64,000 bases of DNA from positions 11,906-75,905 of the forward strand of contig CAJQLX010000020.1 in assembly GCA_905479265.1 (NCBI GenBank), read 5' to 3'. Position numbers and translations under genes: made by a program. The notes beneath the pieces were generated by a model. It made no database searches, was not told where the DNA came from, and worked only from the letters and a program-made list of their open reading frames with translations. This stretch comes from an uncultured Alphaproteobacteria bacterium (GTDB lineage: Bacteria; Pseudomonadota; Alphaproteobacteria; UBA7985). This document shows, piece after piece, positions 27,252-37,126 of the stretch. Numbering within the stretch: position 1 is the stretch's first letter; the number at the start of each line of letters is the position of its first letter.

Positions 27252-27800
27252 ATGTTGAGAGTAACGGTTTTTGGGCCAGAGAGCACCGGCAAGACCACGC
27301 TGGCGCGCCACCTGTCGCGGGAATTTGAGGCGCTTTACATGCCGGAATATGGCCGTGCCTTTACCCATGCGCTGGCGATTCCTGAAGAGTCTTGGACGCC
27401 CCAACACCTGACCCAAATCGCTACGCAGCACATCATGCTGCGCGAGGATATCGAGGCACGGGGCGGGACGGCGTTGATTGTTGAGGATACGGACGTGGTG
27501 AAAACCGCGATTTGGTCCGACTTTCTGTGTGACAGCCGCGATCCTGCTTTTGACTGGGACGGCGTTGATTTGCCGGATCTTTACTTGCTGCTGACCCCTG
27601 AAACCCCCTTTGTGCAAGACAGCATTCGAATGCACGATCGACAGGCGCGGCGGGAAGATTTTTTTGAGCGGTGCCGGGCTGAGTTGGAGCGTCGCGGGGC
27701 GACTTATCGGTTGATTGACGGCCCCGATTTCAATGATCGGACGGAGCAGGCAGAGGGCTTTGTCGAAGCCTTGCTCGAAATCGCAGACCTCGACGACTGA
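27252..27800 (+). CDS. NadR C-terminal-like P-loop kinase (ribosylnicotinamide-kinase-type AAA ATPase)
   Basis: VTVFGPESTGKTTLARHLSREF…EYGRAF matches the NadR RNK domain (ILGGESSGKSTLVNKLA…EYGREF). The downstream block (DTDVVKTAIWSDF…FD) is also similar. I prefer the start at MLRVT (27252) over 27231. Confidence 0.6.
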   Translation: MLRVTVFGPESTGKTTLARHLSREFEALYMPEYGRAFTHALAIPEESWTPQHLTQIATQHIMLREDIEARGGTALIVEDTDVVKTAIWSDFLCDSRDPAFDWDGVDLPDLYLLLTPETPFVQDSIRMHDRQARREDFFERCRAELERRGATYRLIDGPDFNDRTEQAEGFVEALLEIADLDD

Positions 27801-27810
27801 CCCGCCGGTG

Positions 27811-28581
27811 ATGAAGAACGCGATTGTGCGGTGGCGGTTTCTGTGGCGGTTGCTCATGCTTTTGCTTGTGCCGCTGATTTCGGGCGGCCTGCAAGCAGGC
27901 GCAGAAAGCCGTTTGGATGCGCCAACGGCTCTGCCGACTGAATCCCGCATTGCCTTGGACACCGGTCTTGATTTCCAGATTTTGCCGGAAGAAATTCTGC
28001 TGCCGTGCCCCTTTGGTTACTTTGCCGAGGTTTGCGCGTCAGAGCTGAATCCGGGGTTTGAGTTCATTCCTGTTGATGGGCCGCTGTTGTTTACGGGGGA
28101 AACGCTGGGCGCAGCGGCGAGGGTGCACACGATCCGGGTTGAAGTTGAGCTGGATTCCGGGGGGCCGTCGGTGGCAGACGCCATGGCGACCATTCAGGCC
28201 GTGTTGGGCCATCACCGGGGTTGGACTGCGCGAGGGCTGCATGCCTTTCAACATCTGGCATCGGAGGCACCCAGCCTAAGCATCCTGATCGCCTCGCCCG
28301 CGAGCGTTGATCGACTGTGCGCGCCTTTGGATACGGAGGGCTATTTTTCCTGCCGGGTTGGTCAGCGGGCGGTGTTGAATGTCGAGCGGTGGAATGCGGC
28401 TGTACCGCATTGGACCAGCAGTTTGGAGGAATACCGCGCTTATCTGATCAATCACGAGGTTGGGCATTACCTAGGCATGGGACACGCGCTGTGCACCACG
28501 CCCGGAGAACCAGCGCCGGTGATGCAGCAGCAAAGCATTGATCTGATGGCCTGTGAGCCCAACGGTTGGCCCTACCGCTAG
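27811..28581 (+). CDS. DUF3152-like secreted zinc metallopeptidase-motif protein
   Basis: Internal start MKNAIVRWRFLWRLLMLLLVPLISGG (signal/TM). HEVGHYLGMGH is an HExxHxxGxxH zincin motif. 11 bp after the NadR-like gene's stop. Confidence 0.5.
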   Translation: MKNAIVRWRFLWRLLMLLLVPLISGGLQAGAESRLDAPTALPTESRIALDTGLDFQILPEEILLPCPFGYFAEVCASELNPGFEFIPVDGPLLFTGETLGAAARVHTIRVEVELDSGGPSVADAMATIQAVLGHHRGWTARGLHAFQHLASEAPSLSILIASPASVDRLCAPLDTEGYFSCRVGQRAVLNVERWNAAVPHWTSSLEEYRAYLINHEVGHYLGMGHALCTTPGEPAPVMQQQSIDLMACEPNGWPYR

Positions 28582-28732
28582 GCGGTTTTTTTGACTTCTG
28601 TGGGGATAATTGACCGGTGTTTGCCAAAGCGACCAAGGCGCGCTTGAAACGGTCGCTTTTGCAGTAGTCAGAGCGGCGCGACTGAACCATGTCAGCTAGT
28701 GAAAACCTATCAAGCAGTTTGCGAGAGACTCT

Positions 28733-29032
28733 ATGGCCGGCATGCAGATCATTTACTGGCGCGACATCCCCACGATGGTGCAAATCCGAGAAGGGCGGAA
28801 GCGGTTCACGGCGAACTTGCCCGAGCGGTTTGAGAAGGCCGTGGATGCGGCCGCGATGCGCGACGGTGAAACCAGCACAGACGACTATCTGGCGGAATTC
28901 AAGCGCACGGACCCGGTTGAGGTGGACGGCGATCTGCAAGCCATTGCGGACGCCAAAGCCGCAGAGCTGGACGCTGCATTCGACACTGAACGCCTGCGCG
29001 CGCTGATTGCCGGTGGTGGTCGCGCGGGTTGA
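28733..29032 (+). CDS. Small conserved protein of the type found upstream of MTHFR-like genes in Rhodobacterales (sometimes annotated 'virulence factor' domain)
   Basis: 99 aa: MQIIYWRDIPTMVQIREGRKRFTANLPERFEKAVDAAAMRDGE… The context with metF-like is recalled from memory and was not searched. Confidence 0.35.
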   Translation: MAGMQIIYWRDIPTMVQIREGRKRFTANLPERFEKAVDAAAMRDGETSTDDYLAEFKRTDPVEVDGDLQAIADAKAAELDAAFDTERLRALIAGGGRAG

Positions 29033-29137
29033 GCGCCTGCGCGCGCCCGCTTTGTCAGACATTCACCAACTGCCATTTGCCGCCCGCCATCTGCAATCTG
29101 CCAGCATTAACACGACGACCGACATAAGGTTCGAGCC

Positions 29138-30043
29138 ATGACTGATACCAAACAAGCCGTTATGAATCTGTTCAACGATTTTACCGTTGAAACCACCCCG
29201 AATTCAGCGGCCAAAATCCCGGATTTTAACGCGCGCTTGCGCAATGATACGCCGGTTTACGTGACCTTCTTGCCCGGTTCGGATGTGTTTGAGACCGTGA
29301 CGGTGGCCAAGCGATTGCGGGAAGAAGGCTTTAACCCCATTCCGCACATCGCCGCGCGGTCGATCCAGTCTGAGCAGATGTTGGACGACATTCTGCAGCG
29401 CTATGTTGGCGAGGCCGGGGTCGAGCACGTGTTGACCATTGCCGGTGGCGTGGAGACGCCACTTGGGCCTTATGATAGCTCCATGGCCGTGTTGGAAAGC
29501 GGTTTGATCGACAAAGCGGGGATCCGCAAAGTGTCGGTCGCCGGGCATCCAGAGGGCTCCCCCGACATCACCGATGAGGCGATTAAGGAAGCGCTGGCGT
29601 GGAAAAATGGCTTTGCAGAGCGAACCGGCACGACGCTGGATATCGTCACGCAGTTCGCGTTTGAGGCTGAGCCGCTGATCGCTTGGGATCGCCGGATCAA
29701 CGGGGAGGGCAATACCCTGCCAATCCGCATCGGTCTGCCGGGCCTCGCGACGATCAAGACGCTGCTGGGCTTTTCCAAGGCGGCGGGCGTGGGCAACTCC
29801 ATCCGCTTTTTGATGAAGCGCGCGGCGGACGTGACGAAACTGATGACGGTGAACGCGCCGGACAAGCAGGTTATCGACCTGGCGCGCTATGTTGCCGAAG
29901 ACGCCAATGCGGGTATTCGAGGCGTGCACATGTACGCCATCGGCGGGCTGAAGCGGACGTCGGCGTGGTCCTACGCCCTGCGCGATGGCTTGTTCGATGT
30001 GACGCCGAAGGACCAACTGAAACTCACTGTTGATATCGGCTAA
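29138..30043 (+). CDS. Methylenetetrahydrofolate reductase (MetF-like) family protein
   Basis: 301 aa with a TIM-barrel MTHFR pattern. The blocks VYVTFLPG, VAGHPEGSPD and HMYAIGGL correspond to the MetF segments FVSVTYGA, AAYPEVHPEA and FHFYTLN. Confidence 0.7.
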   Translation: MTDTKQAVMNLFNDFTVETTPNSAAKIPDFNARLRNDTPVYVTFLPGSDVFETVTVAKRLREEGFNPIPHIAARSIQSEQMLDDILQRYVGEAGVEHVLTIAGGVETPLGPYDSSMAVLESGLIDKAGIRKVSVAGHPEGSPDITDEAIKEALAWKNGFAERTGTTLDIVTQFAFEAEPLIAWDRRINGEGNTLPIRIGLPGLATIKTLLGFSKAAGVGNSIRFLMKRAADVTKLMTVNAPDKQVIDLARYVAEDANAGIRGVHMYAIGGLKRTSAWSYALRDGLFDVTPKDQLKLTVDIG

Positions 30044-30161
30044 ATCAATCACACCATAAACCGTCGCGTGCAGGCCAGCGTGGGTTGGCCGCCGGGACGA
30101 TACACAGGTCAAACGCCCGCGCCTCGGACGAGGACGGATCATTCTTTGGAGAGCCTCGTTA

Positions 30162-31091
30162 ATGGCCCATACACTTGTAGCTTCTGCGACCCGCGAATGG
30201 ATCATCGGTGACGACAAGCCGTTTACCGTGATCGGGGAACGCCTGAACCCCACCAACCGCAAAACCTTCCTCGAAGAGCTTTCTGCGGGGAATTATGAAC
30301 GGGTGGAGCGGGATGCGATTTCCCAGACCGAAGCAGGCGCGCACATGTTGGACGTGAACGCCGGCATTCCACCGCACATGGGGCATGAGCCGACCATTTT
30401 GGTCGACATGATCAACCTTGTGCAGGGTCTGACGGATCTGCCGCTGGCGGTAGACAGTTCGGTGAAGGAAGCGCTGATTGCCGGTGTTGAAGCGGCCAAA
30501 GGCCGTCCGCTCATCAACTCGGTCACCGGTGAGGATGAGTCGCTGGATATCGTGCTGCCACTGGCCGCGAAGTACGACTGTCCTGTGGTGGCCATTTGTA
30601 ATGATGAAACCGGTATTTCGCCGGATCCCGAAGTGCGCTTTGCCGTGGCGAAGAAGATTGTTGAACGCGCTGCGGATTTTGGCATCAAAGCCAACGACAT
30701 CGTGATTGACCCCTTGGTCATGCCGCTGGGCGCGACCCCGGCGGATGCGATCCTGACCTACAGCCAGCAGGCGTTCGAGATCGTTGCGAAAATCCGTAAG
30801 GAGCTGGGTGCCAACACGACGTGTGGCCTGTCCAACGTCTCCTTTGGCCTGCCGAACCGACACTGGATGAACGGTATATTCGTGGCAATGGCGGCAGGGT
30901 ACGGCATGACCTCGGCCATCATGAACCCGCTGCACGAGGAAGAAATGACGTCTGTACGCGCCGCCGACGCGCTGCTGGGGCATGATCAATCGTGCATGAA
31001 GTGGATGGCGAAGTACCGGGCACCAGCGCCAGAAGGCGCCGAAGGTGCGGGCCGGGGTCGCCGGGGTGGCGGTCGCCGCCGCTCGGCCTAG
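30162..31091 (+). CDS. Pterin-binding methyltransferase (MtrH/AcsE/MetH-pterin-domain family; methyl-THF--corrinoid methyltransferase-like)
   Basis: DHPS-like pterin-binding barrel: …GAHMLDVNAG…, …RPLINSVTGE…, …GLSNVSFGLPNR… (the conserved CFeSP/MtrH motif). Basic Gly/Arg-rich C-terminal tail. Confidence 0.75.
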   Translation: MAHTLVASATREWIIGDDKPFTVIGERLNPTNRKTFLEELSAGNYERVERDAISQTEAGAHMLDVNAGIPPHMGHEPTILVDMINLVQGLTDLPLAVDSSVKEALIAGVEAAKGRPLINSVTGEDESLDIVLPLAAKYDCPVVAICNDETGISPDPEVRFAVAKKIVERAADFGIKANDIVIDPLVMPLGATPADAILTYSQQAFEIVAKIRKELGANTTCGLSNVSFGLPNRHWMNGIFVAMAAGYGMTSAIMNPLHEEEMTSVRAADALLGHDQSCMKWMAKYRAPAPEGAEGAGRGRRGGGRRRSA

Positions 31092-31313
31092 CGCCGATTT
31101 TATTCTCGGCTTTTAGGCTGGCATTCTCGCCCGCGGCACGATTGGTTTCGTGGCGCGGGCTTTTTTGTTGTTCTGGACCGCCGCCCCGTAAGCGGGCGAT
31201 GGCAAAGCATCACTTGAGCGTGAGTCTAGAGCGCGGCGCGGCTTTGCCCTTTTCCTGTCAGGGTTTTACGCTAAGTGAGATTGGTAAGACCAATTTAGAA
31301 GGAATCGAAGCCC

Positions 31314-31964
31314 ATGACCTTGAACCGACGTACTGCGCTTGGCCTGTTGGCTGGTGGTTTGGCCCTGCCGATGATGCCGGCGGGACTGGCCTTTGCTGCG
31401 CCGACCTTCCCCGGAGAAGCGCGCGTGTCGATGGACTTGTATCAGGGCGATCAGGCGATTGGGCAGCATCGGTATGAGATCACCGGCTCGGCTGCTGCGC
31501 CAACGGTTCGGACCCAAGCGGCCTTTGAGGGGCGGGTTTTTGGCTTTCGGGTCAAATACAATCTCTCGACGGTTGAAACATGGTCGGGCGGGCAACTGTC
31601 ACAGCTGCGCTCACGGGGCGAGCTGCGGGGTGAAGCATTTGAAGTGAGCGCGGACCATGATGGCGGCATCTTGTCGGTGCTGAATGCCAAGGGGCGCCGG
31701 GTCAAAGCCGATGCCAACCTGTTACCCACGACGTATTGGATGCCAAATTTCGTGCAACAGCGGCAGGCTTTGGACACCCAGCGGGGTAAGGTTTTGACCC
31801 TCAACCCGCAGTCTTTGGGCACAGGGTCGTTCCGCGGGCGGTCGGTGCAGGGCTGGGACATGGGCGGCGATCTGCCCATCAAGATTTACTATGACGGCAG
31901 CGGAACCTGGTCGGGATTGCAATTCTCTCTGCTGGGCAACGATTTCGAATATCAGCGGGTCTAA
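31314..31964 (+). CDS. Tat-signal periplasmic protein (hypothetical)
   Basis: MTLNRRTALGLLAGGLALPMMPAGLAFAAPT gives a twin-arginine leader. 216 aa with no recognisable catalytic motif. Confidence 0.5.
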   Translation: MTLNRRTALGLLAGGLALPMMPAGLAFAAPTFPGEARVSMDLYQGDQAIGQHRYEITGSAAAPTVRTQAAFEGRVFGFRVKYNLSTVETWSGGQLSQLRSRGELRGEAFEVSADHDGGILSVLNAKGRRVKADANLLPTTYWMPNFVQQRQALDTQRGKVLTLNPQSLGTGSFRGRSVQGWDMGGDLPIKIYYDGSGTWSGLQFSLLGNDFEYQRV

Positions 31965-31967
31965 GGC

Positions 31968-32717
31968 ATGAAATCTGTTTGGATCACCGGAGCGTCATCG
32001 GGGATTGGCGAGGCGCTGGCGCGATTGATGGCGCGAGAGGGGTGGCGGGTTTATGTCTCGGCGCGCCGGTCTGAGCGCTTGGAGGCGCTGGCGGCGGAAG
32101 GGATTGGCGATATTCGTCCGGTGCCACTCGATGTGACGGACGGCGCCGCGACCCGGCGCGCCGTGGCTCATATGCTCGAAGAGAGCGGGCGGCTGGACCA
32201 AGTCGTGCTGAACGCGGGCGTGTTTTGGCCGCAGACGGCGGCTGATTTCAAGGCGGAAGACGTCCACCGGATGTTCGCGGTCAATGTTGGCGGCGTTGCC
32301 GAAGGGCTGGAAGCGGTTCTGCCGCCGATGATCGAAGCCGGACAGGGGAAAATCTGTTTGCTGGGTTCGGTGGCGGGCTATCGCGGATTGCCGACGTCTC
32401 CGGCCTATTGCGGGACTAAGGCGGCGATCATTGCGATGGCGGAAAGCTTGAAGCCTGAGTTGGATCCGACGGGGGTTGTGGTGCAGGTCGCCTGTCCGGG
32501 GTTTGTGCGCTCGGAAGCGACGGCGATTAATCGGTTTCCCATGCCGTTTCTGATGGACGCAGAAGACGCAGCGGCGGCTTTTTACCGAGGTTTGACCGGT
32601 CATAACCGGTTTGAGATTACCTTTCCCAAAGTGTTTGCGGTGATCCTGAAGACCATGATGAGTTTGCCGTATTGGTTGTTTTTCATGCTTATGCGGCCTT
32701 TGGTGCCGAAGGACTGA
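31968..32717 (+). CDS. SDR-family oxidoreductase
   Basis: N-terminal ITGASSGIGEALAR (TGxxxGxG Rossmann), active-site Y…K (PAYCGTKAA), NAG motif (LNAGV). 4 bp after the upstream gene's stop. Confidence 0.85.
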   Translation: MKSVWITGASSGIGEALARLMAREGWRVYVSARRSERLEALAAEGIGDIRPVPLDVTDGAATRRAVAHMLEESGRLDQVVLNAGVFWPQTAADFKAEDVHRMFAVNVGGVAEGLEAVLPPMIEAGQGKICLLGSVAGYRGLPTSPAYCGTKAAIIAMAESLKPELDPTGVVVQVACPGFVRSEATAINRFPMPFLMDAEDAAAAFYRGLTGHNRFEITFPKVFAVILKTMMSLPYWLFFMLMRPLVPKD

Positions 32718-32842
32718 AAGGGCGGGTCGCGCTGACCCTGTCAGCGTTCGGCTGTCGCCTCAGTTTTACGGCCCACCCGCCCACCCGGGGTTCGCGTTGC
32801 GAACCGCGCTGGCATGGAGCGACCCGTCCGAACCTTGGCACC

Positions 32843-33346
32843 TTAGCGCTCTCGCTTGATCCACAGCGTAATATCCCCCAGCCACAGCCCAAACTTCTTC
32901 ATGCGGGAACGGTTGAGCATGCGATCGTCATCCACACCCAGCATAAAGTCGTCAAAGCTAAACACCATCTGCTGGCGTCCAAAGACGGGGTTGGGCAAAT
33001 CGTAGTTCAGGCTGTAGCCCGACTTAAACACGTTGGTTTCCGTGTGCGCGCCGCGCCCTTCGCCGACAATATCCCCGGCGGTAAAGCGGTAATCGTTGTC
33101 CCCGCGCTTGGCGATGGTCCAGATGCGGGTTTCGTAGCGGCCATCGACGAACCAAAACTCCTCGTTCAGCGTCAGCACCTGGGCGGGTTCATCCCAGACC
33201 CCTTCGATGCGGCACGACATTTGCCGCCCGATGTCTCCGCTGCGGCCCTGATAGAAGCCTGTACCGGTGGCCACGCCGTCGAAGAAACGCTCCAGCACAA
33301 AGGGCGTGACGGTCGGGGCGGTTCCGTTGCTGATGTCAAAGGGCAT
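32843..33346 (-). CDS. DUF3833-like protein (lipocalin-like; associated with cfa/DUF1365 clusters)
   Basis: 167 aa. The family assignment is from recalled context (these clusters usually carry a DUF3833 gene), not from a search. Tightly coupled to the upstream MFS gene, with a 5-bp gap. Confidence 0.4.
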   Translation of the reverse strand: MPFDISNGTAPTVTPFVLERFFDGVATGTGFYQGRSGDIGRQMSCRIEGVWDEPAQVLTLNEEFWFVDGRYETRIWTIAKRGDNDYRFTAGDIVGEGRGAHTETNVFKSGYSLNYDLPNPVFGRQQMVFSFDDFMLGVDDDRMLNRSRMKKFGLWLGDITLWIKRER

Positions 33347-34694
33347 GGGGCAGACGTCCTCTTCGGGTGGTCAGAATGCGTTGGATTTGCGCCTGCTTGG
33401 TCGCGGTGATGGGGAAGCGCCAACTGAGCGAAATCGCGATGATCTTGAGCACAATCGGCAGCAAAGCATAGCCCCCGGCGATGGCCCACAGCGCGCTTTG
33501 TGTCTGCACAGGCGCGCTTTCGACAAAGCCGAAGCCCTTGATCAACAGCGGGCCGACCAACCCGCCGGTTGCAACGGCCAGCGCGGTGGTCATCGACCAA
33601 TAGGCGTAGAACGACCCTGCGCGAGATCGGCCCGCGCGCAGCTCGTCCAGATCCACAACATCCGCTTGGATCGATTGGGGCAGGGTCAAGTCAGCGCCAA
33701 GCGTCAGCCCGGTCAGGAACGATATCACGAGAAAGCCGTAGAAGCCGGCTTCACCCGCAGGCAGCACGGGCGCAAAGGCAAAGATGGGACAAGCGGTGAG
33801 CATGGCGATGCACCACGCCCGATGCTTGCCCACGCGGCGGGAGACCCAGAACCAAAACGGTGTCCCCAGCATGGCCGCGACGAAATAGACGAACAGGATG
33901 CTGCCAACGGTATTGTCTTCCAGCCCGAGATTGTAGCGCACAAAGGTCAGCAACAGCGTCGGCGGCAAGACGTTGGCCAGCGCATTCACCCCGTACGCCA
34001 ACGCCAAGCGCCAGAAGGGGCCATTGCGCAGGGCGGTGGTCCAGCTTTGCCGCAGGCTGTTCGCGGGCGGCGGGTCAGGCGCACGGTCGGGGGTGAGGCT
34101 CAGGCCCAAGCTGACACACAGCGGAAAGCCGATGGCCAGCCCAATCCCCAACGCCGAAATTTGCTCAGCGACCGTCGGGAAAATGGCGATCAGCATAAAG
34201 GAAATCAGCGTGCCAAGGATGATCCCGCCGGTGCGAAAGGTGTTGAGCAAGCTGCGGTCGTTGTACGACTTTGCCAGATCAGGCGTCCACGCGCTGTGCG
34301 GCACTTCGATGAACTCGATACCGATGTAGGCCAGCGTCGCCCACAGTGTGAACTGCCACAGGGGCGGCGGAGACGAGGGCAGCAACAACTGCCACACGGC
34401 AACCATGGCGAAGAGGGTGCCGAGCAGGATCCACGGTCTGCGCCGTCCGGGGATCAGCGGGAAGGCAACGTGGTCCGACAGCCACCCGACCAGCGGATCG
34501 ACCACAAAGATGCACAGCCGGGCGATAAACAGCGCAATCGCCACCGCGCTCAGCCCCAGTCCGAGGTCTTCGCCGTAGTAGTTCTGGAGCAGCACGCCCA
34601 GAGGGATCGACAGGGCGGCAACCGGCAAGGCGGGCAGCGCGTATCCCAGCAAAATGCGCCATGTCAGTGGCGCGTGCGTTGTGGCTTGAGTCAT
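33336..34694 (-). CDS. MFS transporter
   Basis: 452 aa with about 12 predicted TM helices and a two-fold repeat of 6-helix bundles. MFS-like loop motif G..SDR.G-like (GWLSDHV). Confidence 0.8.
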   Translation of the reverse strand: MTQATTHAPLTWRILLGYALPALPVAALSIPLGVLLQNYYGEDLGLGLSAVAIALFIARLCIFVVDPLVGWLSDHVAFPLIPGRRRPWILLGTLFAMVAVWQLLLPSSPPPLWQFTLWATLAYIGIEFIEVPHSAWTPDLAKSYNDRSLLNTFRTGGIILGTLISFMLIAIFPTVAEQISALGIGLAIGFPLCVSLGLSLTPDRAPDPPPANSLRQSWTTALRNGPFWRLALAYGVNALANVLPPTLLLTFVRYNLGLEDNTVGSILFVYFVAAMLGTPFWFWVSRRVGKHRAWCIAMLTACPIFAFAPVLPAGEAGFYGFLVISFLTGLTLGADLTLPQSIQADVVDLDELRAGRSRAGSFYAYWSMTTALAVATGGLVGPLLIKGFGFVESAPVQTQSALWAIAGGYALLPIVLKIIAISLSWRFPITATKQAQIQRILTTRRGRLPHAL

Positions 34695-34752
34695 AGTCTA
34701 AAAGGTGGGGCGAAATCTCATAGGTCAACCGGCGCGCCCACCCTTTGACCGC

Positions 34753-36033
34753 CTAGGCGCGCTCGAACACCAGCTTGCCGCCGACGTAGGTCTTGAGCAC
34801 CACGCCACGGGCGGGAATGCCTTCGTAGTTGAAGTTGCGGCAGCGGCTGTGCAGGCGCGCTTCGGACAGCCGGCGGGGGCGGTCGAGATCCGCAAGCGTC
34901 AGGTCCGCTGGCGCATTGGGCCGGATGCCGCTTTCAAGCGCGAACACGCGGGCCGGCGCCGAGGTCAGAGCGCTGATCAGGCGCGCTTTGGACACGCCGC
35001 GATCTTCGAGCGAGAGTGCCAGCGAGAAGAAGGTCTCCAACCCCACCATCCCCGGTTCTGCTTGCTCGAACGGCACGCGCTTGTGATCGGTGTCGATGGG
35101 GCGGTGGTCTGAAACCAGAGTATCTAGGGTGCCATCGGCCAAGCCTTGCACGACCGCCAACCGGTCGCGGTCTGGGCGCAAGGGGGGGTGGAGCTTGGCG
35201 TGGGTGCGATAATCGCCAATGGCAATGTCGGTGAGCGTCGCGTGGGCGATGCCCGTTCCGGCGGTAATCGGCAGCCCGCGGGCTTTGGCATCGCGAATGG
35301 CGTTCACGCCCTCGGCAGAGGTTACCATGTCAAAGTGCGCCTGTACGCCGGTCATCTCGACCAAGCGCAGGTCACGTTCGATCGACATGACTTCAGCCAG
35401 CGCGGGAATACCGCCCAGACCCATGCGCGCGGCAAGCTCGCCCCCGATGACGCCGGGCTCGCCCCAAACCGCATCCATCTGGCCCAAGCAAACAGTCAAA
35501 CCGGTAGAGCGGGCATAGTTCAGCGCGCGGGAAATCGTATCCAGCGGGCCAACAGGCGCGGTGCCGTTGGAAAAGCCAAGCGCGCCCGCTTCGGCCAGCA
35601 GGCCCAGTTCGGCCAGTTCTTTGCCTTCGCAGCCAACAGTCAGCGCGCCGAGGGTCTGCATGCGCGCGCCCTTGCCCCCTTGCGAGCGGTGCGAGACGGC
35701 GTAAACCGCTTGCGGGCGGTCAATGGCAGGGGCTGTGCTGGGCTGCGCGATAACCGTTGAGATGCCGCCGCGTGCGGCTAAGCGTGCGGTCTCGCCCACC
35801 GTTTCCCGGTATTCCAGGCCGGGTTCGGACAAGTGTACGCGGCTGTCAATCAGTCCCGGCAGCAAGGTCGCGCCTTGGCCGTCAATCACAACATCAGCAT
35901 CCGCCGCGATCGCGCTGTCCCCGCCAAAAACGGCGACGATGCGGTCGCCATAGAGCACCACGCCGCCGGGCCCATCATGACCGTTTGCTGGATCGAACAG
36001 GTGGACGTTACGGATCAGGGTTCGTTTAGACAT
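34753..36033 (-). CDS. Dihydroorotase-like protein, probably non-catalytic PyrC' (ATCase structural partner)
   Basis: Amidohydrolase fold. The first metal-binding motif reads GLIDSRVHLSEPG instead of GLIDLHVHLREPG, so the first His of HxH is lost. Start MSKRTLIRNVHLFDP lies 1 nt after the pyrB stop (TGA-T-ATG). Confidence 0.65.
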   Translation of the reverse strand: MSKRTLIRNVHLFDPANGHDGPGGVVLYGDRIVAVFGGDSAIAADADVVIDGQGATLLPGLIDSRVHLSEPGLEYRETVGETARLAARGGISTVIAQPSTAPAIDRPQAVYAVSHRSQGGKGARMQTLGALTVGCEGKELAELGLLAEAGALGFSNGTAPVGPLDTISRALNYARSTGLTVCLGQMDAVWGEPGVIGGELAARMGLGGIPALAEVMSIERDLRLVEMTGVQAHFDMVTSAEGVNAIRDAKARGLPITAGTGIAHATLTDIAIGDYRTHAKLHPPLRPDRDRLAVVQGLADGTLDTLVSDHRPIDTDHKRVPFEQAEPGMVGLETFFSLALSLEDRGVSKARLISALTSAPARVFALESGIRPNAPADLTLADLDRPRRLSEARLHSRCRNFNYEGIPARGVVLKTYVGGKLVFERA

Positions 36034-36034
36034 A

Positions 36035-37063
36035 TCAAGCCGCCCGCAGCGTTGTGGGTGCGCGCCGGGTGGCCAGCGCTTCGAAACAGGCCATGCGCAC
36101 GGCAACCCCCATCTCAACTTGCTCCCGAATTACCGATTGATCGAGATCATCCGCGATGTCAGAGGCGATTTCGACGCCGCGGTTCATCGGGCCGGGATGC
36201 ATGACCAGCGCGTCGGGTTTGGCCAACGCAAGGCGGTCTCGGTCCAAGCCATAGAACCGGAAAAACTCCCGCCCGCTGGGGATCAGTGTTCCGGCCATCC
36301 GCTCGACCTGCAAGCGCAGCATCATCACGATGTCAACGTCGCGCAAGCCTTCGTCCATGCGGTGATAAACCTCGACGCCCAAAGCCTCGTAGGAATTGGG
36401 CAGCAGCGTCGGCGGACCGATCAGCCGAACCCGCGCGCCCATTTTTTGCAGCAGCAGCAGGTTCGAGCGTGCGACGCGGCTGTGTCGAATATCGCCGCAG
36501 ATCGCGACGGTCAGCCCGTCAATCTTGCCCTTGTGCCGGCGAATGGTCAGGGCGTCGGCCAGCGCTTGGGTCGGGTGTTCGTGCTTGCCATCGCCGCCGT
36601 TGAGGACGTGCGCATCCAGCTTGCGGGACAGCAGCTTCACAGCGCCGGCTTGACCGTGGCGCACGACCAGAAAATCAGGCCGCATGGCGTTCAGCGTGTC
36701 GGCGGTGTCGATCAGGGTCTCACCCTTTTTGACCGAGCTGGTCGCCACATCCATATTCACCACGTCTGCACCCAGCCGCTGTGCTGCAATCTCAAAGGAA
36801 GAGCGCGTGCGGGTCGAGTTCTCGAAGAACAGGTTGATCACGGTTGACCCTGCGAGGGCGTCTGGCGCTTCGCCGGGTTCGAGCTCTGCGAAGTATGCGG
36901 CGCGGTCGAGCAAATAGGCAATCTCACCGGGCTTGAGCGGGTCGATGCCGAGCAAGTGCGCATGGGAAAAGCCGTAGCCGATGGTCGCGGGGGGGAAAGA
37001 CTGTGTCATGGGTCCAATTAATAAGCCAATTCGCGCGCTGGCGGAACGATGAAAACACGGCAT
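36035..37063 (-). CDS. pyrB: Aspartate carbamoyltransferase catalytic subunit
   Basis: Carbamoyl-phosphate site STRTR (…[10 protein letters not shown]…). [12 protein letters not shown] and HPGP… are ATCase/OTCase hallmarks. 342 aa. Confidence 0.9.
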   Translation of the reverse strand: MPCFHRSASARIGLLIGPMTQSFPPATIGYGFSHAHLLGIDPLKPGEIAYLLDRAAYFAELEPGEAPDALAGSTVINLFFENSTRTRSSFEIAAQRLGADVVNMDVATSSVKKGETLIDTADTLNAMRPDFLVVRHGQAGAVKLLSRKLDAHVLNGGDGKHEHPTQALADALTIRRHKGKIDGLTVAICGDIRHSRVARSNLLLLQKMGARVRLIGPPTLLPNSYEALGVEVYHRMDEGLRDVDIVMMLRLQVERMAGTLIPSGREFFRFYGLDRDRLALAKPDALVMHPGPMNRGVEIASDIADDLDQSVIREQVEMGVAVRMACFEALATRRAPTTLRAA

Positions 37064-37126
37064 ATTCCGCTGACGGCGAAATCAGCGGCCAACCGTGTCT
37101 CAAACTCCAGAGACAGGAAACCTCGG

